Positions 1-10,207 are shown, numbered from the stretch's first letter. The stretch is DNA of 64,000 nucleotides from Acidimicrobiales bacterium (GCA_965116485.1 OZ220692.1:1627152-1691151); one strand, 5' to 3'. Made by a program: numbers and translations. The notes: generated from the sequence alone by a model not told the origin.

Positions 1-24
1 ACAGCGCGCCTCTATTGTGCGTGG

Positions 25-366
25 ATGGACAAGTCACGGGTCGCTCTGGGGCGCTGGGGTGAGGAACTGGTTGCCAGAAGGTACGAATCGGCCGGCTACG
101 AAGTGCTGGACCGCAACTGGAAGATCAAGGGTGGTGAGCTTGATCTCGTGCTCGGCCGTCGAAACGAGATCGTCTTCTGCGAGGTGAAGACTCGCTCGTC
201 GGACCGCTTCGGGAGCGCCGTTGAAGCCGTCGGGCCTCGCAAGCAACAGCTTTTGCGCCGCACCGCCCTGTCGTGGCTGGAGCAGCACCCCTCCGGTGGT
301 CGGCTGCGGTTCGACGTCGCCTCGGTCGTTGCGGGACGAGTCGCCATCATCACCTCGGCGTTCTGA
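25..366 (+). CDS. YraN-family (UPF0102) endonuclease-like protein
   Basis: 113-aa ORF with GELDLV ... EVKTR motifs typical of UPF0102. It sits in the usual position upstream of comM-dprA. Confidence 0.8.
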   Translation: MDKSRVALGRWGEELVARRYESAGYEVLDRNWKIKGGELDLVLGRRNEIVFCEVKTRSSDRFGSAVEAVGPRKQQLLRRTALSWLEQHPSGGRLRFDVASVVAGRVAIITSAF

Positions 367-408
367 TCGACGAGGGGAGGCGAGGGGATTGAAGCGGGCT
401 CGCCTTCG

Positions 409-618
409 CTAGCGGCGTTGGGAGCGGGTCTTGCGCCCTGTCCAGCAGCCGCGGTGCCAGTGCCTTCGCAGATCGGGCGTGTCAACGGGAACGACCACGT
501 AGTGGCCGGTGCCGGCGGGGATCTCGCGGTTGCAGTTCGGGCAGATGTAGCTTTTCTTTGCTTGGTACGGCTGCAAGAACTTGACGTCGACCTCGCCGTG
601 AGCCTCGGGGTCGTGCAT
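409..618 (-). CDS. Small zinc-ribbon-like protein (CPNC ... HRGC)
   Basis: 69-aa ORF with a CxxC pair and a later HxxC pair. Its ATG overlaps the stop of the upstream micro-ORF (ATGA). Confidence 0.55.
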   Translation of the reverse strand: MHDPEAHGEVDVKFLQPYQAKKSYICPNCNREIPAGTGHYVVVPVDTPDLRRHWHRGCWTGRKTRSQRR

Positions 619-728
619 CAGCCGAAGATCGCCCAGACAACCAGCAGAGCGGCGACCAGGAGTCCGGCGCCCACGTACAGGAAGTCCGTCGGTCGACGAC
701 GGTGTGGGCGAGTGGGGTCCATACCCAT
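618..728 (-). CDS. Possible 36-aa single-TM micro-protein
   Basis: MGMDPTRPHRRRPTDFLYVGAGLLVAALLVVWAIFG has a basic head and one hydrophobic helix. A 4-nt ATGA overlap with the next gene suggests translational coupling. Confidence 0.3.
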   Translation of the reverse strand: MGMDPTRPHRRRPTDFLYVGAGLLVAALLVVWAIFG

Positions 729-737
729 CTTGTCAGT

Positions 738-1121
738 ATGGTCTGTCGAGCTGGATTTACCCTTTTCGGAGTCGCGGTGCGTCGCAACCTGTTCACATTG
801 CTGGCGGTCGGCTTTCTCGTCGTCTCCTGTGCGGGGGAGCCCCCGGAGGTCCCGCTGGGACCCGATGGGCAGCCGGACCCGGTCCTCGTCCAGGGTCGGG
901 CCGTCTACGCCGAGCACTGTGCTTCGTGTCATGGCCGAGACGGCGGTGGTGGGCAGGGGCCGAAGTTGAATGACGGGGCGGTTCTCGATACCTATCAGAG
1001 CATCGAAGACCAGGTTGCGGTGGTTGTTGACGGCAAGGGTTCGATGCCGTCGTTCGCCAAGCGGTTGACTCGAGCGCAGATCGAGTCGGTTACCCGGTAT
1101 ACAAGGGAGGTGCTGAGCTGA
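738..1121 (+). CDS. Class I c-type cytochrome, probable lipoprotein
   Basis: CASCH heme-binding motif, a downstream GSMP Met-ligand region, and an N-terminal hydrophobic stretch ending in an LVVSC lipobox. The track ORF begins at 702; the internal Met at 738 is preferred. Confidence 0.75.
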   Translation: MVCRAGFTLFGVAVRRNLFTLLAVGFLVVSCAGEPPEVPLGPDGQPDPVLVQGRAVYAEHCASCHGRDGGGGQGPKLNDGAVLDTYQSIEDQVAVVVDGKGSMPSFAKRLTRAQIESVTRYTREVLS

Positions 1122-1206
1122 GCGGTGTCACACGCTCCGCCTAGTGTTCTTCAGACGCTCGCTGTGTGCGAAAGACAGCCTTCATTCCTCTCTCAAAGGT
1201 TGTCTC

Positions 1207-2715
1207 ATGCTTGCTTCTGTCCGCTCTTCCACACTCGACGGGATTGACGGCGCCGTCGTCGATGTGGAGGTTCATGTCACCAACGGTCTCCCGGCGTTCA
1301 CGATCGTGGGGCTGCCCGATGCGTCTTGCCGAGAGGCTCGAGACCGCGTGCGCGCGGCCATCGAGTCGAGCGACCTCTCCTGGCCGATGCAGCGAATCAC
1401 GGTCAACCTGGCCCCGACCTGTGTCCGCAAGGTCGGGGCGGGTCTCGATGTGCCCATCGGGCTTGGAATCCTGGCTGCTTCTGAGCAGATCCCGCTGGAA
1501 TCGCTCGCAGACATCTCTGCGGTGGGGGAGTTGGGGCTCGATGGCTCGCTGCGCCCGGTCCCGGGAATCCTGCCGATGGTCGACGTCCTTGAGACCGGCA
1601 GGGTGATCGTCGCGGCAGCCGACGCCGGGGTGGCCGCGCTCGGAGCGGGAGACCGAGTCCGCCCCGTCCGCCGTCTGCGCGACATCGTCGACGTGGTTTC
1701 GGACGGCTTGCCCTGGCCCCACGTGGAACCGCCGCTGTACGACGACGAAGTAGTCGATGAACCGGACCTGGCAGATGTCAGGGGGCAGGCGAGCGCCCGC
1801 TGGGGTCTCGAGATTGCCGCGGCGGGGGGCCATCACCTGTTGCTGATCGGGCCGCCGGGAGGGGGGAAGACGATGCTGGCGCGTCGACTCCCAGGGCTGT
1901 TGCCAGATCTCTCGCCCGAAGCGGCTCGTCTGGTCACCAGAGTCCACAGTGCTGCAGCGATTCGACTCCCCGGGTCGGGCCTGGTCCGCCGCCCGCCGTT
2001 CCGCGCACCCCACCACTCGGCGTCAATGGCTGCGTTGGTGGGTGGAGGGTCGGGGCGAGTGTCGCCGGGCGAGATGAGCATCGCCACCGAGGGCGTGCTG
2101 TTTCTCGATGAACTCGGCGAGTTCGCGCCGAGCGTTCTCGACGGGCTGCGTCAACCTCTCGAGGAGGGTGTGGTGCGTGTGGCGCGCAGCGGCGCCATGC
2201 GGGAACACCCGGCAAACGTGTTGCTCGTTGCGGCGATGAATCCGTGCCCCTGCGGGGAGGGCGGCTCGGTGAGCTGTCGTTGCGGGCCGTCATCCCGCTT
2301 GCGTTATTCGCGGCGCATCTCGGGTCCGGTGCTGGATCGGCTCGATGTGATGGTGCATGTTGACCGCCCGTCTCCCACAGCCCTTCTGGAGCGAGAGCCC
2401 GGAGAGCCTTCCAGCGCGGTGGCCGAGCGCGTGGCGCGTGTGCGTGAGCTAGCGGCGAGCCGTGGAGCACGCACCAATGCGGCGCTGAATCGCGAGCAGC
2501 TCGAGGATGCCGCGCCGTTGGATTCCGAAGCGACAGATGTGTTGCATCAGGCGTTGGTGGACGGCCGCTTGAGCGCCCGTGGGGCGATGAGAGTCCGTGC
2601 TGTCGCCAGGACGATCCGTGACCTCGACGACGCAGGCCCCACGATCAGAGCACGTGACATCTACTCTGCGATCGGCTTTCGCGTGCGTCCGCCGATGGGG
2701 GGTTTCGATGCGTGA
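1207..2715 (+). CDS. comM: YifB/ComM-family Mg-chelatase-like AAA ATPase
   Basis: MLASVRSSTL...GLPAFTIVGLPD N-terminus, Walker A GPPGGGKT, FLDELGEF Walker B, and a CPCG...CRC zinc motif. The ATG at 1207 lies inside the track ORF. Confidence 0.9.
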   Translation: MLASVRSSTLDGIDGAVVDVEVHVTNGLPAFTIVGLPDASCREARDRVRAAIESSDLSWPMQRITVNLAPTCVRKVGAGLDVPIGLGILAASEQIPLESLADISAVGELGLDGSLRPVPGILPMVDVLETGRVIVAAADAGVAALGAGDRVRPVRRLRDIVDVVSDGLPWPHVEPPLYDDEVVDEPDLADVRGQASARWGLEIAAAGGHHLLLIGPPGGGKTMLARRLPGLLPDLSPEAARLVTRVHSAAAIRLPGSGLVRRPPFRAPHHSASMAALVGGGSGRVSPGEMSIATEGVLFLDELGEFAPSVLDGLRQPLEEGVVRVARSGAMREHPANVLLVAAMNPCPCGEGGSVSCRCGPSSRLRYSRRISGPVLDRLDVMVHVDRPSPTALLEREPGEPSSAVAERVARVRELAASRGARTNAALNREQLEDAAPLDSEATDVLHQALVDGRLSARGAMRVRAVARTIRDLDDAGPTIRARDIYSAIGFRVRPPMGGFDA

Positions 2716-3949
2716 GGACGCGTACGCAGCGGCTCTCGGTGGCTTGTCCGGGGCCACCCCGTTGCGCCTCCACAATCTGCTTCACTCCCGGTCGGCGCGC
2801 GAGGCGCATCGAGCGATCGAGTCAGCTTCGATCAGTGCTGACGTTGCGCCGCCGGATGTGCTCGCCGAGTGGCGCAGAGAGATCAGTCGGATCGATCTGA
2901 CGTCGGTGTCGACCCGTCTCGATGAACTCGACGCGCTTGTCAGCACGTTGCGCGAGCCGACCCATCCACCCCAGCTCGTCAACGACATCGATCCGGCTCC
3001 TCTGCTCTTCTGTCGTGGAGAGTTGCCGGACCCGTCGCTGCTTCACGTGGCGGTCGTCGGTACCCGTCGCGCATCGGCCATTGGCCGAGAGGTGGCGCGA
3101 GAACTTGGTCTGGGCCTGGCCCGAGCGGGAGTCGTGGTGGTCTCAGGGTTGGCCCTGGGCATCGACGGCGAGGCGCACCGCGGCGCGTTGATCGCAGATG
3201 CGGTTCCGCCGTTGGCGGTTGTGGGCAGCGGGATTGATGTGGTCTACCCGCGCCGACACCGCGACCTCTGGGAGGAGGTGGCCTCTGTCGGTGCGCTGGT
3301 AAGCGAAGCACCGCTGGGAGCGCGTCCGGAGCCTTGGCGTTTTCCGGCGCGAAATCGGCTCATCGCGGCGTTCTCGGACCTGCTCGTCGTTGTTGAGTCT
3401 CGCGACTCCGGAGGGTCACTTCTGACTGTCGAACAGGCGCTTCGCAGAGATGTTCAAGTGATGGCGGTGCCCGGCTCCGTGCGCAACAAAGCCGCGGGCG
3501 GCACAAACCAGTTGCTGGTCGACGGTTGTGCGCCGGCCCGCGATGTCACCGACGTGCTGGTTGCCTTGGGTCTGTCAGAGATGGCGGCCGCAACCCGCCG
3601 CAGCGAGCCCGGGGTCGACGCATCCGAATCGAAGGTCGACACTGGAGCTTCGCCAGAGCACAGCGCAGCGGGGGTCGAGCACAGCGCAGCGGGGGTCGGG
3701 CACGGCGCAGCGGGGGTCGGGCACGGCGCAGTGGGGGTCGGGCACGGCGCAGCGGGATCCAAGGGCAGCGCCTCGGTGGTCGGGCGCGCTGCGGTGGTGC
3801 TCGAAGCGATCGACGACGGACCCACATCGGTGGACGAGGTGGTTGATCGGAGCGGGCTGGGCGTGATCGAGGTCTATGGGCTTGTGGAAGAACTGGTCGC
3901 TATGGGTCTGGTGGTGCATGACGGTTCTCGAGTTCGGAGGCAGTGCTGA
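2708..3949 (+). CDS. dprA: DNA-processing protein DprA
   Basis: Rossmann-like core VVSGLALGIDGEAHRGAL ... FPARNRLIAA. The ATG at 2708 overlaps the comM stop. A C-terminal winged-helix-like tail follows an internal repeat. Confidence 0.9.
   Translation: MREDAYAAALGGLSGATPLRLHNLLHSRSAREAHRAIESASISADVAPPDVLAEWRREISRIDLTSVSTRLDELDALVSTLREPTHPPQLVNDIDPAPLLFCRGELPDPSLLHVAVVGTRRASAIGREVARELGLGLARAGVVVVSGLALGIDGEAHRGALIADAVPPLAVVGSGIDVVYPRRHRDLWEEVASVGALVSEAPLGARPEPWRFPARNRLIAAFSDLLVVVESRDSGGSLLTVEQALRRDVQVMAVPGSVRNKAAGGTNQLLVDGCAPARDVTDVLVALGLSEMAAATRRSEPGVDASESKVDTGASPEHSAAGVEHSAAGVGHGAAGVGHGAVGVGHGAAGSKGSASVVGRAAVVLEAIDDGPTSVDEVVDRSGLGVIEVYGLVEELVAMGLVVHDGSRVRRQC
3656..3760. repeat. 21-bp tandem repeat x5 inside dprA (HSAAGVE/HGAAGVG heptads)
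   Basis: Units start at 3656, 3677, 3698, 3719 and 3740 (gagcacagcgcagcgggggtc and variants). The repeat is in frame. Confidence 0.9.
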
Positions 3950-4899
3950 TGTTGAGGCAGAGTCGGGGTAGCGCTGTCGGCTGGTGGCCGCCAAGTAGGG
4001 TGGACGGTGTGGACGCTTGGAGCCTCGAGGAATGGCTTGACTCGCTGACCCGTGTCGCGCCTTCGACGAGGGCTGTATATGAACGCGACATGCGTGCGGT
4101 CGCCGAATGGTTCGAGACCATCGGTGTGTCCACACCGGAGACGGTCACCCGTCGTGATCTCCGCAGCTATCTCTCGTCGCTGCACAGCGCCGGTTATGCA
4201 CGAAGAACAACTGCCCGGAAGGTATCGGTGATCCGCAGATATTTCGGTTGGGCTTGCCGCACAGACCGCCTCGTCGCAGATCCGAGCGCGTCTTTGTCGG
4301 CGCCTCGTGGGGAGGCTGCTCTGCCGACGGTGCTCAACGCCCGGGAGCTGGACGGCCTGTTCGAGGGATCGGCGGCAGCTGCCGCAGCCGCCGCGGCTGA
4401 ACCGGAGATCGAATTGCGCGACCGGGCCGTCGTCGAATTGCTGTACGGCAGCGGCTTGCGTGTCAGCGAGCTGTGCGGGCTTCGTCACGAAGACCTTGCC
4501 GGACCGGGTGACTCGATCGTCGTTTGGGGGAAAGGCTCAAAGCAGAGACGCGTGCCGATCTCCGAGCCGGCAGCTGCTGCACTCAGCGCCTGGATTCAAC
4601 GAGGACGTCCGGAGATGGTCACCGAGGCGTCTCCCGACAATCGAGTGTTCCTGAACCGCCGCGGCAAAGCGCTGTCACCTCGGGACGTCAGACGTCTGCT
4701 CGACCGGAGATCGCTGTCGCCCACGCACCCCCACGCTCTGCGGCACACCTACGCGACGCACCTCCTCGACGGGGGAGCTGATCTGCGCAGCGTGCAGGAA
4801 CTGTTGGGTCACGCGGACCTCGCCACCACCCAGATCTACACGCGGGTGAGCAGGGAGCGAATGCGCGAAGTGTACCGCTCGACGCACCCACGGGCCTAG
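3949..4899 (+). CDS. xerC: Tyrosine recombinase XerC
   Basis: RDRAVVELLYGSGLRVSE, HALRHTYATHLL and LGHADLATTQIYT catalytic motifs. The ATG at 3949 overlaps the dprA TGA; a GTG at 3943 is also possible. Confidence 0.85.
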   Translation: MLRQSRGSAVGWWPPSRVDGVDAWSLEEWLDSLTRVAPSTRAVYERDMRAVAEWFETIGVSTPETVTRRDLRSYLSSLHSAGYARRTTARKVSVIRRYFGWACRTDRLVADPSASLSAPRGEAALPTVLNARELDGLFEGSAAAAAAAAAEPEIELRDRAVVELLYGSGLRVSELCGLRHEDLAGPGDSIVVWGKGSKQRRVPISEPAAAALSAWIQRGRPEMVTEASPDNRVFLNRRGKALSPRDVRRLLDRRSLSPTHPHALRHTYATHLLDGGADLRSVQELLGHADLATTQIYTRVSRERMREVYRSTHPRA

Positions 4900-4957
4900 A
4901 GTAGAACGACTGCACTTCCCCCGAAGAATCCAATTCACGGCGAAGAGTCCACTCGGC

Positions 4958-5554
4958 TTGTTCTCGCCGTTGAACGAACGGGAAGAGTCCAGACTCTCGG
5001 GAGGGCCTGTCGTGTTGATCGTGCCTGTTGTTTCGAAGCCGACAGCCGGCGCGACGCGGCGAATCATCGTGGTCGCCCTGGCGACCGTCATGCTGCTGAG
5101 CTCCGGTGGTTTGCCGCAACCGGCGGGGGCCGCGGAGCTGCTCTTCCGGCGGCCGACCTCGGCACCGGTTCTCGATCCTTTTCGCCTGCCCGACGGAAAG
5201 TACGGAGCAGGGAACCGCGGCATCGAATACGACACGGGTGAATTCGACCGCATTGTTGCCGCAGCACGCGGATCCGTCGTATTCGCCGGACCGGTTGCGC
5301 GTTCGCTGTTCGTGACCTTGGACCACGGCAACGGGTTGGTGTCGTCCTACGGGTTCGTCGGTCACATCCTCGTCCGGGAGGGGGAGGAGGTTGCGGGCGG
5401 TGACCTGGTCGCTCTGGCCGATGGGCCGTTCCACTTCAGCGTGCGCCTCCACGGTGAGTATGTCGACCCTGAGCCACTCTTCGGGACACGGAGCGTCGTG
5501 GTGCGATTGGTGCCGCATCCCGTTCAAGTTCGCCGAGGCGTGGGCTTCTTCTGA
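4958..5554 (+). CDS. M23/LytM-domain protein (probably catalytically degenerate)
   Basis: LytM-like core GNRGIEYDT ... [12 protein letters not shown] ... [14 protein letters not shown]. The start codon is uncertain. Confidence 0.7.
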   Translation: MFSPLNEREESRLSGGPVVLIVPVVSKPTAGATRRIIVVALATVMLLSSGGLPQPAGAAELLFRRPTSAPVLDPFRLPDGKYGAGNRGIEYDTGEFDRIVAAARGSVVFAGPVARSLFVTLDHGNGLVSSYGFVGHILVREGEEVAGGDLVALADGPFHFSVRLHGEYVDPEPLFGTRSVVVRLVPHPVQVRRGVGFF

Positions 5555-5690
5555 GCGCCGCTACACTAGCACGCGGCTCATAGAGCCTCGGACGGCATCA
5601 GATTGGCGCCGACGAACAAGTGCCCACCCGTGCCACTCCCGGTCGCTTCGGTGTCCGGCATGGGTTTCCAACCGGGAAGAAGGAACAAGC

Positions 5691-6743
5691 ATGGCTGTAA
5701 TTTCCATGAAGCAACTGCTGGAGGCCGGCCTCCATTTCGGGCATCAGACCCGCCGCTGGAACCCGAAGATGAAACGCTTCATCCACGGTGAGCGCTCAGG
5801 GATTCACATCGTGGATCTGCATCAGACCCTCAGTCATCTTGAACAGTCGTACATCTTCGTCCGCGATCTCGTGGCGGATGGTGGAACGGTGCTGTTCATC
5901 GGGACCAAGAAGCAGGCTCAGGATTCGATCCAGTCGTACGCGGAGCGATGCAACATGCCCTATATCAACGAACGCTGGTTGGGCGGCATGCTCACCAACT
6001 TCCAGACCATCTCCAAGCGTGTCGGGAAGATGAAGGAATACCAGCGGATGCGTGACTCGGGCGAGTTTGAGGCAATGCCCAAGAAGGAAGCACTGCTCAT
6101 CACCCGTGAACTGACGAAACTCGAGCGCAACCTCGGGGGAATCCGCGACATGGAGCGTCTGCCCGAGGCAATCTTCGTCCTCGACACCAAGAAGGAGCAC
6201 ATAGCGGTCACCGAGGCTCGCAAAGTCGGTGTGCCGATTGTTGCTGTGGTCGACACGAACTGCGATCCCGACCTCATCGACTACGCCATCCCCGGCAACG
6301 ACGACGCGATCCGCGCCGGTCAGTTGATGTGTCGGGTGATATCCGATGCGGTTCAAGAGGGCCGTTTCATTCGATCCAAGCGTGTCGAGGTCGCCGGTGC
6401 AGTCCCCAAGCGCAATGCGCAACAGGTGGCTGAGATCGCTGCCCAACAAGAGAAGGCTCGTCGCCAAGCCGCTGCCCAGGCTGCAATCAGGGAAGCCCGC
6501 CTCGAGCAGGCGCAACAAGACCAAGTCGACGAGTCGGTTGAAGACGAGACAACTCAAGACGAGTCCGACCAAGACGTGAGCCCGGTCCAAGAACTCGACG
6601 AAGCTGTTGCAGCAACCGACACGGATGTCGAGGCAACCGACGAAGCTGTTGCAGCAACCGACACGGATGTCGAGGCAAGCGACGCAACCGAACCGGACGA
6701 AGAGCCAGTCACATCAACCGACCCGGTTGAAACCCCACAATAG
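5691..6743 (+). CDS. rpsB: 30S ribosomal protein S2 with a long acidic C-terminal extension
   Basis: [27 protein letters not shown]; GGAAGAAGG lies upstream of the ATG at 5691. The track ORF starts far upstream at 5391. Confidence 0.95.
   Translation: MAVISMKQLLEAGLHFGHQTRRWNPKMKRFIHGERSGIHIVDLHQTLSHLEQSYIFVRDLVADGGTVLFIGTKKQAQDSIQSYAERCNMPYINERWLGGMLTNFQTISKRVGKMKEYQRMRDSGEFEAMPKKEALLITRELTKLERNLGGIRDMERLPEAIFVLDTKKEHIAVTEARKVGVPIVAVVDTNCDPDLIDYAIPGNDDAIRAGQLMCRVISDAVQEGRFIRSKRVEVAGAVPKRNAQQVAEIAAQQEKARRQAAAQAAIREARLEQAQQDQVDESVEDETTQDESDQDVSPVQELDEAVAATDTDVEATDEAVAATDTDVEASDATEPDEEPVTSTDPVETPQ
6597..6680. repeat. 42-bp tandem repeat x2 in the rpsB tail
   Basis: gacgaagctgttgcagcaaccgacacggatgtcgaggcaa(c/g)c occurs twice and encodes [15 protein letters not shown]. 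Confidence 0.9.
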
Positions 6744-6762
6744 ACCCTCGGAGATACACAAG

Positions 6763-7551
6763 ATGTCGATTTCGGCCAAGGATGTGAAGGCACTGCGCGA
6801 CGCCACCGGTGCAGGCATGATGGACGCCAAGAAAGCGCTCGTGGAATGTGACGGCGACATGGAAGCCGCAACCCAGATCCTCCGCGAGAAAGGGCTGGCC
6901 AAAGCGGCTGCTCGCAGCGACCGCGACAACGACGAGGGCACGATCGCTCTGGCGGCGGACGGCAATGTGGCTGCGATAGTCCAGATAAAGACCGAGACCG
7001 ACTTCTCGGCCAAGAGCGACGCGGTCACATCGCTGGCTTCTGCGATCGCCGATGATGTGCTGAGCAGGGGCCTCGGGGCTGCGAACGAGCATTCAGCGGC
7101 CATCGAAGACCTTCGTGTCACGATCAAGGAGAACGTCGAACTTGGAGCCGTTGAGCGGATCGAAGGCGCCCGAGGCAATACCATCGACACCTACCTGCAT
7201 AGTCAGGATGGCCGTGGAGTGAATGCTGTCGTCGTTGAGGGTTCGGGTGTGAGCCGTGACGACCTTCACCAGGTCGCGTTGCATATTGCCTTTGCGAAGC
7301 CCTCGTATCTGTCAAGCGACGAGGTGCCGGCCGCCGAGGCCGACAAAGAGCGTGCGTCGCTGCTCGAGATCACCAAGGCCGAGGGGAAGCCCGAACAGGC
7401 GTGGGACAAGATCGTGGACGGCAGGATGCGCGGCTGGTATGCCGAGCGCGTCCTGCTCGAGCAGGGATTGCATGGCGACAAGACCCCGGTGAAGAGCAGT
7501 CTCGGCGGTGGATCGATCGCCCGCTTCGTTCAGGTTGTGATCGGTACGTAG
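6763..7551 (+). CDS. tsf: Elongation factor Ts
   Basis: [36 protein letters not shown] is the UBA-like N-terminus typical of EF-Ts. Confidence 0.95.
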   Translation: MSISAKDVKALRDATGAGMMDAKKALVECDGDMEAATQILREKGLAKAAARSDRDNDEGTIALAADGNVAAIVQIKTETDFSAKSDAVTSLASAIADDVLSRGLGAANEHSAAIEDLRVTIKENVELGAVERIEGARGNTIDTYLHSQDGRGVNAVVVEGSGVSRDDLHQVALHIAFAKPSYLSSDEVPAAEADKERASLLEITKAEGKPEQAWDKIVDGRMRGWYAERVLLEQGLHGDKTPVKSSLGGGSIARFVQVVIGT

Positions 7552-7553
7552 CT

Positions 7554-8324
7554 GTGAGCCACGCCACCGAGGCTCTCCGAGGACCGAATCCTCCCAGATG
7601 GAACCGGATCCTGTTGAAGCTGTCGGGTCAGGCGTTCTCAGGTCCGCTGGAACACGGAATCCACGGCGAGACGGTCAGCAGGATCGCCGATGACATCGTC
7701 GCGGCGAAGAAGCACTTCGACATCGATATTGCCGTCGTCGTCGGCGGCGGCAACATCTGGCGGGGCATTCAGGGCGCGGGCGAGGGAATGGATCCCGCCC
7801 AGGCCGACTACATGGGCATGTTGTCGACGGTCATGAACAGCCTGGCCCTCCAAGACACCTTGGAACGCCTCGGGGCAGCCACTCGGGTTCAGAGTGCAGT
7901 CCACATGGCCCAGATCGCCGAGCCTTACATCAGACGTCGGGCGATCCGCCACCTGGAGAAGGGTCGGATCGTGATTCTGGCGAGCGGCACCGGCAACCCG
8001 GGCTTCACCACCGACACCGCGGCGAGCCTGCGGGCCGTTGAGATCGAGGCGGAAGCGGTGTTGAAGGGGACTCATGGCGCCGTCGACGGCATCTACACCG
8101 GCGACCCGAGTGTCGACGGCGCGGTCACGAAACTCGACCATGTGACCTACCTCGATGTGCTCAACCGTGGCCTGAGAGTGATGGACGCAACCGCCATCAC
8201 CCTGTGTATGGACAACGACATGCCGATCGTGGTATTCGACCTGATGGGTCCGGGCAACCTACGATCTCTGCTTGAAGGAGAGGTGATCGGCACGCTCGTC
8301 GACGCCGGCAAGGGGAATCCGTGA
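7554..8324 (+). CDS. pyrH: UMP kinase
   Basis: [11 protein letters not shown] ... [10 protein letters not shown] ... motifs. The GTG at 7554 comes directly after the tsf stop. Confidence 0.9.
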   Translation: MSHATEALRGPNPPRWNRILLKLSGQAFSGPLEHGIHGETVSRIADDIVAAKKHFDIDIAVVVGGGNIWRGIQGAGEGMDPAQADYMGMLSTVMNSLALQDTLERLGAATRVQSAVHMAQIAEPYIRRRAIRHLEKGRIVILASGTGNPGFTTDTAASLRAVEIEAEAVLKGTHGAVDGIYTGDPSVDGAVTKLDHVTYLDVLNRGLRVMDATAITLCMDNDMPIVVFDLMGPGNLRSLLEGEVIGTLVDAGKGNP

Positions 8325-8887
8325 ACGAGATGATTGAACTGGTCGTCGAGGACGCCGGTCAGAGCATGCAGAGTGCGGTGGACCACACTCGTAGAGAGTT
8401 CTCGAGCGTGCGCACCGGCCGTGCTTCTTCGAGCCTGTTGGAGCGCCTCACCGTGGAGGCCTACGGCGTCGAGATGCGAATCCAGGAGCTGGCGAGTTTC
8501 TCGGTTCCTGAAGCTCGTCTGCTGATCGTCACCCCTCATGACGTTGCGAACCTCAACGCGATCGAGAAGGCCATCACCAACAGCAACATGGGGCTGACTC
8601 CCAGCAACGACGGTCGCGTGATCCGCCTGGGGTTTCCGCCTCTGACCGAGGAACGGCGACGTGAGCTCTCCAAGGTTGTCGGCGCGATGGGCGAAGACGG
8701 CAAACAGAGAGTCAATGCAGTGCGCAGGGCGGCGCGCAAGAACCTCGACGAACTCGACAGTGACGGGGGAGTATCCAAAGACGAGATCCAGCGTGCGGAA
8801 GGAAGGCTTGACGCGCTCAAGAACGCGCATGTCGCTATGATTGATCAGGCGCAGGCCAACAAGCAGCAGGAGTTGATGGAGGTCTGA
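8321..8887 (+). CDS. frr: Ribosome recycling factor
   Basis: 188 aa with typical RRF sequence ([19 protein letters not shown] ...). The GTGA overlaps the pyrH stop. Confidence 0.95.
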   Translation: MNEMIELVVEDAGQSMQSAVDHTRREFSSVRTGRASSSLLERLTVEAYGVEMRIQELASFSVPEARLLIVTPHDVANLNAIEKAITNSNMGLTPSNDGRVIRLGFPPLTEERRRELSKVVGAMGEDGKQRVNAVRRAARKNLDELDSDGGVSKDEIQRAEGRLDALKNAHVAMIDQAQANKQQELMEV

Positions 8888-8919
8888 CCGCCGGTCACTC
8901 CCCCCAAGAGAGCGATGCC

Positions 8920-10182
8920 ATGAGCAACGAACAAGACAACGAGGGGTTTCGCATTCAGCGCACCGACCCGGTCGATGACGATGTCGCCCCCGGTAGGTCA
9001 GTGTTCGGTGACGATGAGATCTCCTTCGAGGACGACGATGCGGCTGTTCCTCATTGGAGCCAGCCGCCCACCGGGTCGGTGCCGAAGGTCGGCACGCCTG
9101 CTGAGAGCGTGACCTTCAACCCTCAAGCTGAGCCTGAGAGGTCCGAGACTGGCGCCGAGGATCATTCCGGATGGGCGACGGAATCGACGGGGCCTGCTTG
9201 GGACGGCGAGGGCCAGGCCCGACCGCCCGCACAACCGGCCCGCTCCGCCGACATGGACGCGGACGCCTTTTTTTCCCATGATGACGACGAACCTCCGCCA
9301 CCCCACACAGCGCCACAGCCTTCGCTGAGCTCGGCTCTGGGAGCGTCGGGGGCCGGTGACCGGAACTTCTTCACCGCAACAGTCGTCGGTGTCGGACTGG
9401 CGGTGCTGATTCTCGCCGCGATGGCATACCGCGAATGGGTTGCGGTTGCGGTGGTGACAGTGGTTCTGGCGGTTGCAGCGGTCGAGTTCTTCAACGCCGT
9501 CCGGGTTGCCGGACTTCAGCCTGCCGTGCTGCTGGGTCTTGCGAGCGTTGTATCGATGCCGCTTGCCGTCTACTGGCGAGGCGAATCGGCAGCAGGGCTT
9601 GTCCTTGTGTTGTCGGTCGTCTTCGGGGCGCTGTGGTATCTGCTCGTCGCGCCGAGCGATTCACCGGTGCGCGGCCTGGGGTCGACCATGCTCGGAATAC
9701 TTCACATCGGCTTGTTGGGGTCTTACGCGGCGCTGATGCTCTCGATTCCAGAACACGGCACAGGACTGCTGACCGCTGCGATCATTGTGACGGTCGCCTA
9801 TGACACGGGTGGACTGGTGGTCGGACGGACGATGGGCCGGTCGCCGCTGTCAGCAGCGAGCCCCAACAAGACGCTGGAGGGACTGGTCGGAGGTGTTGTC
9901 GCGGCTGTTGTGGCGGCGTTCGTGATGGGGTTCCTGTCCCAGCCCTCGCCTCTGGCAGACGTTTCAACCGGTGGAGGGTTCTCCGACATCTTCATCCTCG
10001 GGTTAGCGGCGGCTATCGCAGCCCCGGCCGGCGACCTAGCAGAGTCCCAGATCAAACGTGACTTGGGCATCAAGGACATGGGCTCGATCCTGCCCAGCCA
10101 CGGCGGGGTTCTTGACCGATTCGACAGCCTGCTCTTCGTGCTGCCGACGACGTTCTACGTGTCGCGTTTCGTTCTTCCCTAG
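8920..10182 (+). CDS. cdsA: Phosphatidate cytidylyltransferase with a long acidic/Pro-rich N-terminal extension
   Basis: Multi-TM C-terminal half with SQIKRDLGIKDMGSILPSHGGVLDRFDS. The first ~140 aa are low complexity. Confidence 0.85.
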   Translation: MSNEQDNEGFRIQRTDPVDDDVAPGRSVFGDDEISFEDDDAAVPHWSQPPTGSVPKVGTPAESVTFNPQAEPERSETGAEDHSGWATESTGPAWDGEGQARPPAQPARSADMDADAFFSHDDDEPPPPHTAPQPSLSSALGASGAGDRNFFTATVVGVGLAVLILAAMAYREWVAVAVVTVVLAVAAVEFFNAVRVAGLQPAVLLGLASVVSMPLAVYWRGESAAGLVLVLSVVFGALWYLLVAPSDSPVRGLGSTMLGILHIGLLGSYAALMLSIPEHGTGLLTAAIIVTVAYDTGGLVVGRTMGRSPLSAASPNKTLEGLVGGVVAAVVAAFVMGFLSQPSPLADVSTGGGFSDIFILGLAAAIAAPAGDLAESQIKRDLGIKDMGSILPSHGGVLDRFDSLLFVLPTTFYVSRFVLP

Positions 10183-10207
10183 TTCGGTCACCGTTCGCGA
10201 TCAGATC

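Noticed and set aside
1141-2016. Long antisense or shadow ORFs, for example 1141-2016 (-), 5796-6590 (-), 8147-8830 (-), 19960-21048 (-), 54322-55671 (-) and 59937-61121 (+).
   Set aside because: They overlap well-supported conserved genes on the other strand. They have Arg/Pro/Gly-rich low-complexity translations typical of stop-poor frames in high-GC DNA, and no recognisable motifs.
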